Positions 48,351 to 58,499 of a stretch of DNA of 64,000 nucleotides are shown one piece after another (the first letter of the stretch is position 1; each line of letters opens with the position of its first letter). Made by a program: the position numbers and the translations under genes. The stretch lies in contig CALUVV010000006.1 in the NCBI GenBank assembly GCA_944324305.1, forward strand, positions 90,655 through 154,654, given 5' to 3'. The notes beneath the pieces are model-generated. The model saw only the letters and a list, made by a program, of their open reading frames with translations. It made no database searches and had not been told where the DNA came from. This DNA comes from Candidatus Gastranaerophilales bacterium. GTDB taxonomy: Bacteria; Cyanobacteriota; Vampirovibrionia; Gastranaerophilales; Gastranaerophilaceae.

Positions 48351-49433
48351 ATGTTCGGAATTAAAAAGAGTTTCTTATTTACCGTAATTATAGTTTTTAT
48401 TTTACTGACACTCTGTGCTCAGACTGTTCCTAAAATGCAGTATTATTCCAGAGTTAAGCAAAGCAATCAGGCAGAACTGGAAATGCTCGTAAAAAAATAT
48501 CCTTCATACCCTGAAGCTTACATTGTTTTGGGTGAAAAGTACAGTAATACTAATCCTGAAAAAGCTGTTGCCTGCTATGAAAAAGCTGCTGAAATAGTTA
48601 ATAACAAAAATTTTGAAGCCGCAATGGATGAATATATTGCTACCGCCTATTTGAAAAACGGCAACGCAGTATCTGCAGTTAAATATTATTCAAATCCTAT
48701 ACTTGTAAAATATAATTTAACAACTAACCTTATGCTTGCTAATATATTGCGTATAACGGGAAGATTTGACGAGGCAATAAATGTACTGGATTTGTTTGAA
48801 AAAAATGCTTTTCTTTTAATAGCAAGTGCAGAACCGGATATGTTTACGCGTCTGCGTTACGAATTTTTTTATAATATACTGTCTTCCGTTGAAAATGCGT
48901 ATGCTGTAAAAAATTCTCTGCTGCTTGCAAAGGCCGTTATTTACTGCGAAAAAAAAGATTATAATAAATCTCTCGAACTTTTGAACAGGTATATGAAAGC
49001 GTCAAACAAAATTCCTGTATCATTATTCTTACGCATTTATACTGCTAAAGGTGACTTAAAATCCGCAAAAAAGTATTATGATATGCTCGATGAAGATAAA
49101 AAAAATAATACTGTTGCAGATAATTTCTCAAAAGGGTTGTATTTCATTGCTGCAGGGGATTACAAGGCTGCTGAAAATATTTTTATCCCTATGGCACAAG
49201 ATTATAAACTTAATAAAACACCAAAAGAATTGTATGGATTATACGGATTAGGCCTTGTGAATATGCACCGCGGAAATTATAAATCATCAATTAAATATTT
49301 CTCTGACGCCCTGGTAATAAGGCCTTATTCATATGAGCTTACTGTTAAACTTGCGGAATGTTATAAAAAAACAGGCGATATAAAAAGTTATAATAAATTG
49401 AACTTAAAACTGAAAGCACTGTTAACATATTAA
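48351..49433 (+). CDS. TPR repeat protein with an N-terminal membrane anchor
   Basis: TPR periodicity. ATG 48351 preferred to the TTG at 48333. Confidence 0.7.
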   Translation: MFGIKKSFLFTVIIVFILLTLCAQTVPKMQYYSRVKQSNQAELEMLVKKYPSYPEAYIVLGEKYSNTNPEKAVACYEKAAEIVNNKNFEAAMDEYIATAYLKNGNAVSAVKYYSNPILVKYNLTTNLMLANILRITGRFDEAINVLDLFEKNAFLLIASAEPDMFTRLRYEFFYNILSSVENAYAVKNSLLLAKAVIYCEKKDYNKSLELLNRYMKASNKIPVSLFLRIYTAKGDLKSAKKYYDMLDEDKKNNTVADNFSKGLYFIAAGDYKAAENIFIPMAQDYKLNKTPKELYGLYGLGLVNMHRGNYKSSIKYFSDALVIRPYSYELTVKLAECYKKTGDIKSYNKLNLKLKALLTY

Positions 49434-49468
49434 AAAAAGACCGATTATTATAATCGGTCTTTTTTTTA
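49432..49468. terminator. bidirectional terminator between the TPR gene and tsf
   Basis: AGACCGAT...ATCGGTCT stem flanked by an A-run and a T-run. Confidence 0.7.
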
Positions 49469-49484
49469 CAGTTAATAAAAAGAA

Positions 49485-50348
49485 TTAACCTTTAATTTGG
49501 CTCATTACTTCATCAGCAAAGTTTTCCTGACGTTTTTCCAGGCCTTCGCCAAGCATATATCTTGTGAATGCTTTTACTGTTAATTTGCCTTCAATAAGCT
49601 GTCCGACAGTTACGTCCGGATTTTTGATGAACGGCTGTTCCAATAATACTTTGCCTGATAAAAGTTTATTAACTCTGCCTTCAACAATTTTAGCTCTGAT
49701 TTGCTCGGGTTTCTTTTGAAGGTCTTCTTTACCCATTTCGATTTCTGTTTCATGATCGATAACAGATTGAGGTATTTCATCTCTTGAAATAAATTCAGGA
49801 GCGGATGAAGCAATATGTAAACAAATATCGTTCATTAATTCTTCATCTTTGTTATCAGTTTGAATTAATACACCGATTTTACCGTTGTGAATGTAAGATG
49901 CAGTGTTGCCTTCATAGCGAACAAATCTTCTGAAAGTAATTTTTTCGCCGATAGAAGCGATTTTTTCTTTAATAACTTCAGAAATAACTTTACCGCATTT
50001 TTCGCAAGTTGAAGCCAAAAGTGCATCATTATCGGCAGGATTTGTTTTTGCAACGCATTCTGCCAGACCGTTTGTTAATTCTTTGAATTCTTCATTTTTA
50101 GCAACGAAGTCTGTTTCGCAGTTAACTTCAACCATAGCACCGCAATCAGCCTGAATAGAAGCAGCTACCAAACCTTCGGCAGCAATTCTTCCCATTTTTT
50201 TGTCAGCAGATGCAATACCTTTTTGGCGAAGAACTTCCATTGCTTTTTCCATATCTCCGTCAGTTTCAACAAGTGCTTTTTTAGCATCCATCATGCCTGC
50301 ACCTGTTTTGTCGCGGAGTTCTTTTACCATTTGAGCTGTAATGTTCAT
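49485..50348 (-). CDS. tsf: translation elongation factor Ts
   Basis: N-terminal ITAQMVKELRDKTGAGMMDAKKAL. Downstream of rpsB. Confidence 0.95.
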   Translation of the reverse strand: MNITAQMVKELRDKTGAGMMDAKKALVETDGDMEKAMEVLRQKGIASADKKMGRIAAEGLVAASIQADCGAMVEVNCETDFVAKNEEFKELTNGLAECVAKTNPADNDALLASTCEKCGKVISEVIKEKIASIGEKITFRRFVRYEGNTASYIHNGKIGVLIQTDNKDEELMNDICLHIASSAPEFISRDEIPQSVIDHETEIEMGKEDLQKKPEQIRAKIVEGRVNKLLSGKVLLEQPFIKNPDVTVGQLIEGKLTVKAFTRYMLGEGLEKRQENFADEVMSQIKG

Positions 50349-50419
50349 TATAATTCTCTCCTTTTTACCGGTGAAAGAGAGGACAGAAATATTTTCCGCC
50401 CTCTATCACCAAAGCTTAA

Positions 50420-51211
50420 TTATTCTGCAACTGTTTCTGTTTTTTCTTCTGAAGCGGCAGCTTCTGCTGAAACGCCTGCATCTTCAGGTTTAATGTCCTC
50501 AAGTTTTTTAGCGTTTGCATTAGCTTCTCTTAACTGTTTTCCTTCTAAAATAGCATCTGCTAATTTTGAAGTGATTAATTTAATAGAACGGATAGCATCA
50601 TCGTTACCCGGGATGATGTAATTAATTCCGTCCGGATCAGCATTTGTATCGGCTAAGCAGATAACGGGAATATTAAGTTTATTAGCTTCCTGAATAGCGA
50701 TATCTTCTTTTTTCTGGTCTACGATGAAAATTAAATCGGGTAAACCTCTCATTTCTTTGATACCGCCTAAAGTTTTGCTTAATTTACCTAATTCTCTGTT
50801 CAATTTAGCGATTTCTTTTTTAGGTAATTTTTCAGCGTGTCCGGAGTTAATAAAATCTTCCAATTCTCTTAATTTATTAACACGTCCTCTGATAGTTTCG
50901 AAGTTAGTAAGCATACCGCCTAACCATCTTCTGTTAATATAATAAGCTCCTGCTCTTACAGCTTCTTCAGCAACAACTTCAGCAGCTTGTTTTTTTGTAC
51001 CTACGAATAAGATATTTTTGTTTCTTGCCGCAAACTCTCTTACAACAGCATAAGCTTCATCAAGCAAATCTGTAGTTTTGCGCAAATCCAATACATAAAT
51101 ACCGTTTCTTGCACCGTAAATATACGGTTTCATTTTAGGGTTCCATCTTTGAGTCTGGTGTCCGAAGTGTACACCTGCTTCTAAAAGTTCAATCATAGAT
51201 GCTACCGGCAT
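50420..51211 (-). CDS. rpsB: 30S ribosomal protein S2
   Basis: [19 protein letters not shown] signature. Confidence 0.97.
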   Translation of the reverse strand: MPVASMIELLEAGVHFGHQTQRWNPKMKPYIYGARNGIYVLDLRKTTDLLDEAYAVVREFAARNKNILFVGTKKQAAEVVAEEAVRAGAYYINRRWLGGMLTNFETIRGRVNKLRELEDFINSGHAEKLPKKEIAKLNRELGKLSKTLGGIKEMRGLPDLIFIVDQKKEDIAIQEANKLNIPVICLADTNADPDGINYIIPGNDDAIRSIKLITSKLADAILEGKQLREANANAKKLEDIKPEDAGVSAEAAASEEKTETVAE

Positions 51212-51459
51212 CGTTTTTCTCCTTTATTTTAACTTGTTGTACTACGGGTTATACTGTCTCATTTTTAAAATAATTAAAAACTAGGGCAAAACCTATCAGA
51301 CCAGTGTAACCAATTATATAATAATACAAACATGCCTTTATGCAAATTTATTATTGCGTTTTATTACATAAAAAAAACGGACTTTCTATCAAGATAGATT
51401 GCCCGGTATTTCATTTTCTGAAACAAAAAGGATTTACATTAACTTATATTGTGTTAAGT

Positions 51460-51993
51460 CTAGTATTCAATGCCCTGTCTTGCCATAACACCCGTATCAA
51501 AGTAATGTTTGATAGGTTTCATTTCAGTTACAAGATGAGCCATTGCTTTTAATTCAGGGTGTGCATAACGCCCTGTTAATACGATTTCAAGGTTTTCGGG
51601 TTTGTTAAGCAGTGCTTCTTTAACATCCGAAACTTTAATCATATTCATTGCTGTGCAAATATTAATTTCATCAAGAATAATTAATTGGTATTCTCCCGAG
51701 TTAATAGCTTTTTTCGCGAATTCCCAGCCTCTTTTAGCTTCTTTATAATCTTCCATGCAAACGTTGTGGGAATAACAAACTCTGTCCATTCCGAATTGAA
51801 CTACGTCAAGGTTCGGAAGAAATTTTGAAGAAGAAACAATTTCTCCGTATGAAGTTGCGCTGTCACCTTTTGTAAATTGAATAATAAGAACTTTCCAGCC
51901 GTGTCCCAATGCTCTTAAAGCCAATCCCAGAGAAGCTGTTGTTTTACCTTTGCCGTCTCCTGTGTAAATTTGAATATAACCATGTTCTAACAC
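51460..51993 (-). CDS. cobO: cob(I)yrinic acid a,c-diamide adenosyltransferase (CobO/BtuR type)
   Basis: YTGDGKGKTTASLGLALRALGHGWKV...FTKG. GTG start 9 nt after GGAGG. Confidence 0.85.
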   Translation of the reverse strand: MLEHGYIQIYTGDGKGKTTASLGLALRALGHGWKVLIIQFTKGDSATSYGEIVSSSKFLPNLDVVQFGMDRVCYSHNVCMEDYKEAKRGWEFAKKAINSGEYQLIILDEINICTAMNMIKVSDVKEALLNKPENLEIVLTGRYAHPELKAMAHLVTEMKPIKHYFDTGVMARQGIEY

Positions 51994-52532
51994 GACTCAC
52001 TACCTCCAATAAAATGATAAGTTCCTCTACCCTTATTTTAACGAATTTTTCTCACTGTTTTAATCGTTCCAAAGGTGGATAATTACTCGAGCAAAAGATG
52101 GATAAATGTATCTATCCCCTGCTCCCAAGATTTGTATATTCATCATAGAACTAAATTAAAAAAAATAAATAACTTTTTCCGCGTCCATGCCAATCTTTTT
52201 ACAATTAAATTTTTGCAAAATCTATATATTGGCAGTAGGTCTAATTTTTGAGAAAAAAATACATTCTTTAAAAAATTTACATAATTTTTGTAAACTAATT
52301 GTTAAAAATACTTGCATAGTTTTGAACATGTCTTATATCAAGAGTTCATGCCATATTAAAAATGTGAATGTTGTTAATATTAAGATTTTGAATTTTTTAA
52401 TAAAAATATGGGTATAATAAGATTAGGTCGATATGTTTAAGTGTTAACTTATGTAACAAAATTGTATATTATTGAAATTCGTTGATTTTCAAAGTGTTTA
52501 CATGTTTAAGAGTATAAAAACCGAGAGAGAAC

Positions 52533-53732
52533 ATGAGCAGTATCAATAAACCCGGATTGGCAAAATTGAATACTCAAAGCACTACGCTTGGCAGCGCGTC
52601 GTTTAAATCAACGACCGCTAATAAGCTTGCATCCTCAACTCGTTCCGGACAAAGTTACGGAATAATGGCTCAGCGTTCTGCTGTCGGTTCAGGCGCAATT
52701 TTTAATGTTAAACGTTATAACAGTGCGTCGATAAGTGCTCAAAGACATGCATTAAATGATAACAGAGCGGTTATCCGCAATAATAATATAGTTGCACCGC
52801 CGACTGCGCATAACTGCAGCGGCAATAACTCTATGAATAAATATGCCGCAGCACTTGCTATTACAGGAATGTTGACTAAGACATTAGGTTCAGTAGTTTC
52901 CGCATCAAAATCATCAAATGCAGCTCAAACATCTTCTGTTGCTAAAAACGGCACTGCAGGCGTAATAAATGAACTTGCAACGGCTAAAAATTCTGCAGAT
53001 ATCCAAAAAGGTTTAGCTAAAGTCGAAACAGAAATGAAAGATTATGAAACTAAGATTGCAAAAGCTGAAGAAACAATAAGCAAAGAAACAAAACTTAAAT
53101 CCGAAAATGAAAACAAGTTAAAAGATACCGAAACTCAAATAAGTGCACAAAAACAAAATATTACAAAGCAAGAGGGTACAATAACTAAACTTCAAAGTTC
53201 TATTCAAACTGATAAAATGACTTTAAGCACTTTAAAATCTCAGTTGAGTAGTGCAGGAGAATTGGCAAAAGTGTCTCTTCAATCGCAAATTTCTGAGCTT
53301 GAGGCAAAAATTAATCAAGAAGAAACTCAGCTTAAAGAAGCACAAGATTCTAAAGCTGAATCTGAAAAGAAATTAGAAGAACTCGGAAAGACTAAAGAAA
53401 ATCTAACAAATCAAATCTCAACTAATGAAAAGAATATTCAAGAGGCCGAAGCAGAAAAGAATTCTGCATCTTCGAAAAAGGATTCTCTTGAAGAAGCAAA
53501 AGTTAAATATACCAAAAAATTATCTGAAACTCAAAATAAAGAATCTAAAGAACTGTCAAAATTACATACCGAGATAGCTAATTACGCCAAAGAATTTCAA
53601 GAAACAACAGATGCTGATAAGAAAAGTAAGTTAGCTCAAAAATATGCAGGAAAAGCAAAAGAATATAACGAATTGGTAAGAAATTCAACAGTAAGCGGAC
53701 ATACTGAAGTCGGCCTTGATTTAAACAGTTGA
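52533..53732 (+). CDS. hypothetical protein: Ser/Thr-rich N-terminus plus a long coiled coil
   Basis: 399-aa ORF with a heptad-rich K/E/Q region. No family recognised. Confidence 0.6.
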   Translation: MSSINKPGLAKLNTQSTTLGSASFKSTTANKLASSTRSGQSYGIMAQRSAVGSGAIFNVKRYNSASISAQRHALNDNRAVIRNNNIVAPPTAHNCSGNNSMNKYAAALAITGMLTKTLGSVVSASKSSNAAQTSSVAKNGTAGVINELATAKNSADIQKGLAKVETEMKDYETKIAKAEETISKETKLKSENENKLKDTETQISAQKQNITKQEGTITKLQSSIQTDKMTLSTLKSQLSSAGELAKVSLQSQISELEAKINQEETQLKEAQDSKAESEKKLEELGKTKENLTNQISTNEKNIQEAEAEKNSASSKKDSLEEAKVKYTKKLSETQNKESKELSKLHTEIANYAKEFQETTDADKKSKLAQKYAGKAKEYNELVRNSTVSGHTEVGLDLNS

Positions 53733-53807
53733 TAACATATCGTAACATTACACTTTACTTTTAAATATGTGTAATTTATAATAAATACACAGACAGTATT
53801 GTCACTC

Positions 53808-53837
53808 AAAAAAGAACGGGAACCCCCGTTCTTTTTT
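53808..53837 (+). terminator. rho-independent terminator
   Basis: GAACGGG-AACC-CCCGTTC followed by TTTTTT. Confidence 0.75.
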
Positions 53838-53876
53838 ATCTAATATGGCTTGATAGAAAGGGTAAGGTTTATTTTT

Positions 53877-54359
53877 ATGAAACAGGAAATTAACAGACAT
53901 GATGTTCTGGAAAAGATTACACCGTTAATTGAAAATACTGCCATGCGTTTCGGGTATATTCCTATTGAAATCGAATTTGTAAAAGAAAATCACAGATGGT
54001 TTTTGCGTATTTACCTGTATTCAAAAGAAAAAGAGGTTACTCTTGACGATTGCGAAAAAGTTACAAGAAGCCTTTCTGATTTTCTTGATGAGCTTATACC
54101 CGTGAAATACTATCTGGAAGTGTCTTCTCCGGGGTTGGAAAGAAAGTTTAAGTCTGAAAAAGAATTTGTAATTTTTAACGGCAGAAGAATAAGCCTTAAA
54201 CTTAAAACTCCGCTTGAAGGAGAACAAGAAAAAATTTTTAAGGGAGAAATCCTTGACTACAGCGAAAATGAAGGTTTAAAATTCTTCAGATTTGACGACG
54301 GTAAAGAACTTCAAATTCCCAAAAGCAATATTCAATCAGCAAAACTATATATAGATTAA
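53877..54359 (+). CDS. rimP: ribosome maturation factor RimP
   Basis: LEVSSPGLERKF motif. Upstream of nusA. ATG 53877 preferred to ORF-track 53850. Confidence 0.85.
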   Translation: MKQEINRHDVLEKITPLIENTAMRFGYIPIEIEFVKENHRWFLRIYLYSKEKEVTLDDCEKVTRSLSDFLDELIPVKYYLEVSSPGLERKFKSEKEFVIFNGRRISLKLKTPLEGEQEKIFKGEILDYSENEGLKFFRFDDGKELQIPKSNIQSAKLYID

Positions 54360-54380
54360 TAAATATGAAAGGATAACATT

Positions 54381-55619
54381 ATGATTAAAATCGGAACAGC
54401 ACTTTTTGAAGCTTGTGAAGAACTTGAAAGAGAAAGAGGGATAGCTAAAGATGTTTTAATTGCGTCTTTGTGTGATGCAATGGTTGCTGCATATAAAAAA
54501 CATATGCATATTAAAGAAGCAACAAATATTGAAGCAATTCTTGATGAACAATCAGGGGAAATCGGTGTTTTCAGAACAAAACTCGTTGTTGACAATGTCG
54601 AAGATCCCGATACTCAAATTACACTTGCAGATGCAAAAGAAATTGCAGAAGATGTTGAAGTCGGTGACGAAATTAAAATTGAAGTTACACCTGATCAATT
54701 CGGCCGTATTGCTGCTCAGTCTGCTAAACAGGTTATTACACAGCGTATCAGAGAAGCTGAAAGAAACCTTGTTTTACAAGAATTCATGGATAAAAAAGGA
54801 ACCTTAACAACAGGTATTATCCAAAGAGTAGAAAATCGTAATGTTATTGTTAATATCGGAAAAACAGATGCGATTATGCCGCAGAAAGAACAAATTCCGG
54901 GTGAATACTACAAACCGGGCAACAGAATAAGAGTATTCGTTCTTAACGTTAAAGAAACAACAAGGCTGCCGCAGGTAATCGTTTCTCACGCGCATGCCGA
55001 AATCGTTAGAGAGTTGTTTGAACTTGAAGTCCCCGAGATTGAAGACGGAATTGTTGAAATTAAATCAATTTCACGCGAAGCAGGCTACAGAACAAAAATC
55101 GCAGTTTGGTCAAACGACCCCGAAGTTGACAGCGTAGGTGCCTGTATCGGACCGCGCGGAAGCAGAATTCAGACAATTGTTTCAGAATTGAAAAATGAAA
55201 AGATTGATATCGTAAGATATTCGGAAGACCCTGTAGAATATATAGTTAACGCTTTATCTCCGGCAAGAGTTGTATCAGTTGATATTCTTGCTGATGATGA
55301 GTATTCCCATGAAGCTATGGTTGTAGTTCCGGATGATCAGTTAAGCCTTGCAATCGGCCGCGAAGGTCAAAACGTAAGACTTGCTCATAAACTTACAGGC
55401 TGGAAAATAGATATCAAGAGCGTTTCTCAAATGGAAAGAGCCGAAGCTCAAAATATCAGCAACTATGAAGAAACCGCAGAAGAAATTGTTGACGATTCCA
55501 TTGAAGAAGTCGATGAACTTCAACAGGAAATCGAAGAAGAAATGAACCAGCAGGCTCTGGATGAAGAAGACCTTCAGCAAGATGACGCCGCAGAAGAAAT
55601 CGATGAAATGGAAGAATAA
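54381..55619 (+). CDS. nusA: transcription termination/antitermination factor NusA
   Basis: NusA N-terminus, S1 and two KH regions (GACIGPRGSRIQ, AIGREGQNVRLA), and an acidic tail. Confidence 0.95.
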   Translation: MIKIGTALFEACEELERERGIAKDVLIASLCDAMVAAYKKHMHIKEATNIEAILDEQSGEIGVFRTKLVVDNVEDPDTQITLADAKEIAEDVEVGDEIKIEVTPDQFGRIAAQSAKQVITQRIREAERNLVLQEFMDKKGTLTTGIIQRVENRNVIVNIGKTDAIMPQKEQIPGEYYKPGNRIRVFVLNVKETTRLPQVIVSHAHAEIVRELFELEVPEIEDGIVEIKSISREAGYRTKIAVWSNDPEVDSVGACIGPRGSRIQTIVSELKNEKIDIVRYSEDPVEYIVNALSPARVVSVDILADDEYSHEAMVVVPDDQLSLAIGREGQNVRLAHKLTGWKIDIKSVSQMERAEAQNISNYEETAEEIVDDSIEEVDELQQEIEEEMNQQALDEEDLQQDDAAEEIDEMEE

Positions 55620-55637
55620 AATATTGATTTTATTTTT

Positions 55638-55669
55638 AAAACGGGACTGTAATATACGGTCCCGTTTTT
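55638..55669 (+). terminator. rho-independent terminator after nusA
   Basis: ACGGGAC...GTCCCGT stem followed by TTTT. Confidence 0.7.
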
Positions 55670-55677
55670 ATATTCGG

Positions 55678-55707
55678 TTGACAAAAAATATTGAGCAAAT
55701 ATTATAT
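55678..55707 (+). promoter_or_regulatory. sigma70-like promoter for tuf (TTGACA, 17-19 nt spacer, TATATA/TTATAT)
   Basis: TTGACA at 55678-55683. An AT-rich -10 candidate lies at 55701-55707. Confidence 0.4.
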
Positions 55708-55770
55708 ATTATATGGCTTAAAATACCAAATTAGTATTGTAGTATAAGTAGAAAAAAGGAGATTAATCTC

Positions 55771-56979
55771 ATGGCTAGAGAAAAGTACGAACGTACCAAA
55801 CCGCACGTTAACATCGGTACCATTGGGCACGTTGACCACGGTAAAACAACATTAACTGCAGCTATTACAGCTGTATTGGCTGCTCAAGGACAAGCTGCTT
55901 TGAAAAAATTCGATGAAATCGACGCAGCTCCTGAAGAAAAAGCAAGAGGTATTACTATCTCTACAGCTCACGTAGAATATGAAACAGCAGCCAGACACTA
56001 TGCTCACGTTGACTGCCCGGGCCACGCTGACTATGTTAAAAACATGATTACAGGTGCTGCTCAAATGGACGGTGCTATCCTTGTAGTTGCTGCTACTGAC
56101 GGTGCTATGCCTCAGACTCGTGAACACATCTTGTTAGCTCGTCAGGTTGGCGTTCCTAACCTTGTTGTATTCTTAAACAAATGTGATATGGTTGATGACC
56201 CTGAATTGTTAGAATTAGTTGAAATGGAAGTTAGAGAACTTCTTTCTTCTTACGAATTCGACGGTGACAACATTCCGTTCATCCACGGTTCAGCTTTAAA
56301 AGCTCTTGAAGCTGCTCAAGCTAATCCTACAATCGCTCGCGGTGCTGACAAATGGGTTGATAAAATTTGGGAATTGATGGATGCTATCGATTCTTACTTC
56401 CCGACTCCGGAACGTGATTTGGACAAACCTTTCTTGATGCCTGTTGAAGACGTATTCTCTATCACAGGTCGTGGTACAGTTGCTACCGGCCGTGTAGAAC
56501 GTGGTATCGTTAAAGTTGGTGACGAAGTTGAATTAGTTGGCTTAGGCGAAACTAAGAAAACTACAGTTACAGGTGTTGAAATGTTCAGAAAATCTCTTGA
56601 CCAAGGTCAAGCAGGTGATAACATCGGTGCTTTATTACGTGGTATCGATAAAACTGAAATCCAACGCGGTCAAGTACTTGCTAAACCGGGTACAATTCAC
56701 CCTCACACTAAATTCACTGCTAACGTTTACGTATTGACTAAAGAAGAAGGCGGACGTCATACTCCGTTCTTCCCCGGATACAGACCTCAGTTCTACATCA
56801 GAACAACTGACGTAACCGGTTCAATCAAATTCGACGGTCAAATGGTAATGCCTGGTGATAACGTTGTAATGGAAGTTGAATTAATCGCTCCTGTTGCAAT
56901 CGAAGAAGGTATGAGATTTGCAATCCGTGAAGGCGGCCACACAGTTGGTGCCGGTGTTGTTGACAAAATTATTGAATAA
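55771..56979 (+). CDS. tuf: translation elongation factor Tu
   Basis: [15 protein letters not shown] and NKCD G-motifs. The sequence is notably cyanobacteria-like. Confidence 0.98.
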   Translation: MAREKYERTKPHVNIGTIGHVDHGKTTLTAAITAVLAAQGQAALKKFDEIDAAPEEKARGITISTAHVEYETAARHYAHVDCPGHADYVKNMITGAAQMDGAILVVAATDGAMPQTREHILLARQVGVPNLVVFLNKCDMVDDPELLELVEMEVRELLSSYEFDGDNIPFIHGSALKALEAAQANPTIARGADKWVDKIWELMDAIDSYFPTPERDLDKPFLMPVEDVFSITGRGTVATGRVERGIVKVGDEVELVGLGETKKTTVTGVEMFRKSLDQGQAGDNIGALLRGIDKTEIQRGQVLAKPGTIHPHTKFTANVYVLTKEEGGRHTPFFPGYRPQFYIRTTDVTGSIKFDGQMVMPGDNVVMEVELIAPVAIEEGMRFAIREGGHTVGAGVVDKIIE

Positions 56980-57000
56980 TAATTTTATATAAACATCAGC

Positions 57001-57033
57001 AAAAAAACAGGTTCTTTTAAGAACCTGTTTTTT
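57001..57033 (+). terminator. rho-independent terminator after tuf
   Basis: ACAGGTTC-TTTTAA-GAACCTGT followed by TTTTT. Confidence 0.75.
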
Positions 57034-57049
57034 ATGTTAAAATTTTTGT

Positions 57050-57853
57050 ATGAAAAATAAGCTAATTACTAATTTAATAGACTTAACTATTAAAAATATG
57101 GATAACCCTGATTTACCATATATTAATTTAATAGAGAATGATAAATCTTTTTGTAAATATTCTTATAAAGGCTGGGTAGATAATTTTTATCTTAGAGATG
57201 TAAAGAGTAATTCTATAGTCAGACTTGATTTAAGAAAAGAAAAAGATTTGTTTTTATTATTTGTTCTTGCATCATCATGGTCTAAAAATACCAGATGGGA
57301 AAATGCAGTATTTTTTGTTACTAATTTTATATTAATGGATGATTTTAGTATTAGCGATTGGTCAAATGAAGATTTCCTTAATGAAAAAATTGCATGCCGC
57401 TCAAAAGATTGTTTTGATATTCAAACGAAGGTACAGGGCTTATGTTCACGTATTAAGTTATCTTTTAAAAGCGATTTTTATCCCAGTGTAAAGGTATTAG
57501 CTGATTCTTGGGAAAATATCAAAGCACAGCTCGAGTATTCAAGTAGGACTGCTAATTGGATTGCTTTTATAGATTATATGTCCACAATAGAGGGATTGGG
57601 AACTGGTAAAAAGAAAATGCGTATAAAGATTCCCCTTTTATTGAGAGAATTAAGGTGCCAAAATATATTCAATAATATTGATGGTAAATATTGTTGTGTA
57701 GCTGATAAAAGAGTAAGGGAAGCATATAATACTTACTTAAATAAAGGTTTACCGGGTAATTATCTTAAAGCATCCGAAGTTATTTGGAATGATTTTGGAG
57801 AATTATATGATATTCCGCCTTTTGCATTTGAGGATTTAAAGCAATTTATGTAA
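57050..57853 (+). CDS. hypothetical protein (very AT-rich accessory-type gene)
   Basis: 267-aa ORF. Only a faint helix-hairpin-helix-like stretch (IEGLGTGKKKMRIKIPLLLRELR ... VADKRVREAY). No family claimed. Confidence 0.55.
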   Translation: MKNKLITNLIDLTIKNMDNPDLPYINLIENDKSFCKYSYKGWVDNFYLRDVKSNSIVRLDLRKEKDLFLLFVLASSWSKNTRWENAVFFVTNFILMDDFSISDWSNEDFLNEKIACRSKDCFDIQTKVQGLCSRIKLSFKSDFYPSVKVLADSWENIKAQLEYSSRTANWIAFIDYMSTIEGLGTGKKKMRIKIPLLLRELRCQNIFNNIDGKYCCVADKRVREAYNTYLNKGLPGNYLKASEVIWNDFGELYDIPPFAFEDLKQFM

Positions 57854-57857
57854 TAAT

Positions 57858-57886
57858 AAAAAAGTCTGCCTAACCAGCAGACTTTT
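57858..57886 (+). terminator. rho-independent terminator
   Basis: AAAGTCTGC-CTAACCA-GCAGACTTT followed by T. Confidence 0.6.
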
Positions 57887-57959
57887 ACAATTCTTTTTCC
57901 CCTAAAAATTTTTTACCTTTTCCCAAAAATAATCTTGACCTTGACCTTATTGGCAGTAA

Positions 57960-58121
57960 TTATTTAACTGCTTGAAGTGATTGAAATTTTGTTGTTTCTT
58001 TTGATTTCTGCAAATATTTAACCAGAGATTTTGCAACTAATTCAGAACGTCTTTTGTTTTCTTTATCAAGTATTTCAAAGTATTCGTCCAGTGATGACAT
58101 AATGTATTCTGTATTTTCCAT
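57960..58121 (-). CDS. small ribbon-helix-helix-like protein (53 aa), absent from the ORF track
   Basis: My translation: MENTEYIMSSLDEYFEILDKENKRRSELVAKSLVKYLQKSKETTKFQSLQAVK. It parallels FLDEIDKVAGNENRTRSELIREALRTYM of the upstream gene. Confidence 0.45.
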   Translation of the reverse strand: MENTEYIMSSLDEYFEILDKENKRRSELVAKSLVKYLQKSKETTKFQSLQAVK

Positions 58122-58179
58122 TTCTTTTTCCCCTTTTGTGACTATTATAAACCAATTCTTTTTTTATTTCCAATTAATT

Positions 58180-58368
58180 TTAACCTAACAGAGCATCCAA
58201 TATTTCTGCATTTTTTGTTGCTTTTTTAGAGTTTCTGACTTGATTTCTGTACATATATGTTCTGAGAGCTTCTCTGATTAATTCTGAACGTGTGCGATTT
58301 TCATTTCCTGCAACTTTATCAATTTCGTCTAAAAATCTTTCAGGCATTGATATTAACACTCTAGCCAT
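58180..58368 (-). CDS. CopG/ribbon-helix-helix family DNA-binding protein
   Basis: MARVLISMPERFLDEIDKVAGNENRTRSELIREALRTYM is a typical RHH beta-alpha-alpha pattern. Confidence 0.75.
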   Translation of the reverse strand: MARVLISMPERFLDEIDKVAGNENRTRSELIREALRTYMYRNQVRNSKKATKNAEILDALLG

Positions 58369-58499
58369 ATTTTTTCTCCTTTTTTAATTATTCCCTTTGT
58401 AATTCCCCTTGTATTTATATAAAGGAAATTATTAATTAAAAATTGCGTAAAGTGTATATATTTTTTATAAACTTCTTAATAAAAGTTAATATTTAAACC

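Noticed and set aside
51994-52190. Cobalamin riboswitch upstream of cobO
   Set aside because: I could not find a B12 box or the conserved GCCACTG-type core on the minus strand, only short generic hairpins. A covariance-model scan is needed to be sure.
52187-52417. 76-aa ORF in the 540-bp AT-rich spacer between cobO and the coiled-coil gene
   Set aside because: It is extremely AT-rich with an Ile/Lys/Asn/Phe-biased translation and no RBS. The region is more plausibly a divergent promoter region.
57945-57958. Direct repeat CTTGACCTTGACCTT
   Set aside because: It is only 2.5 copies of a hexamer in a terminator-proximal spacer, with no associated feature.
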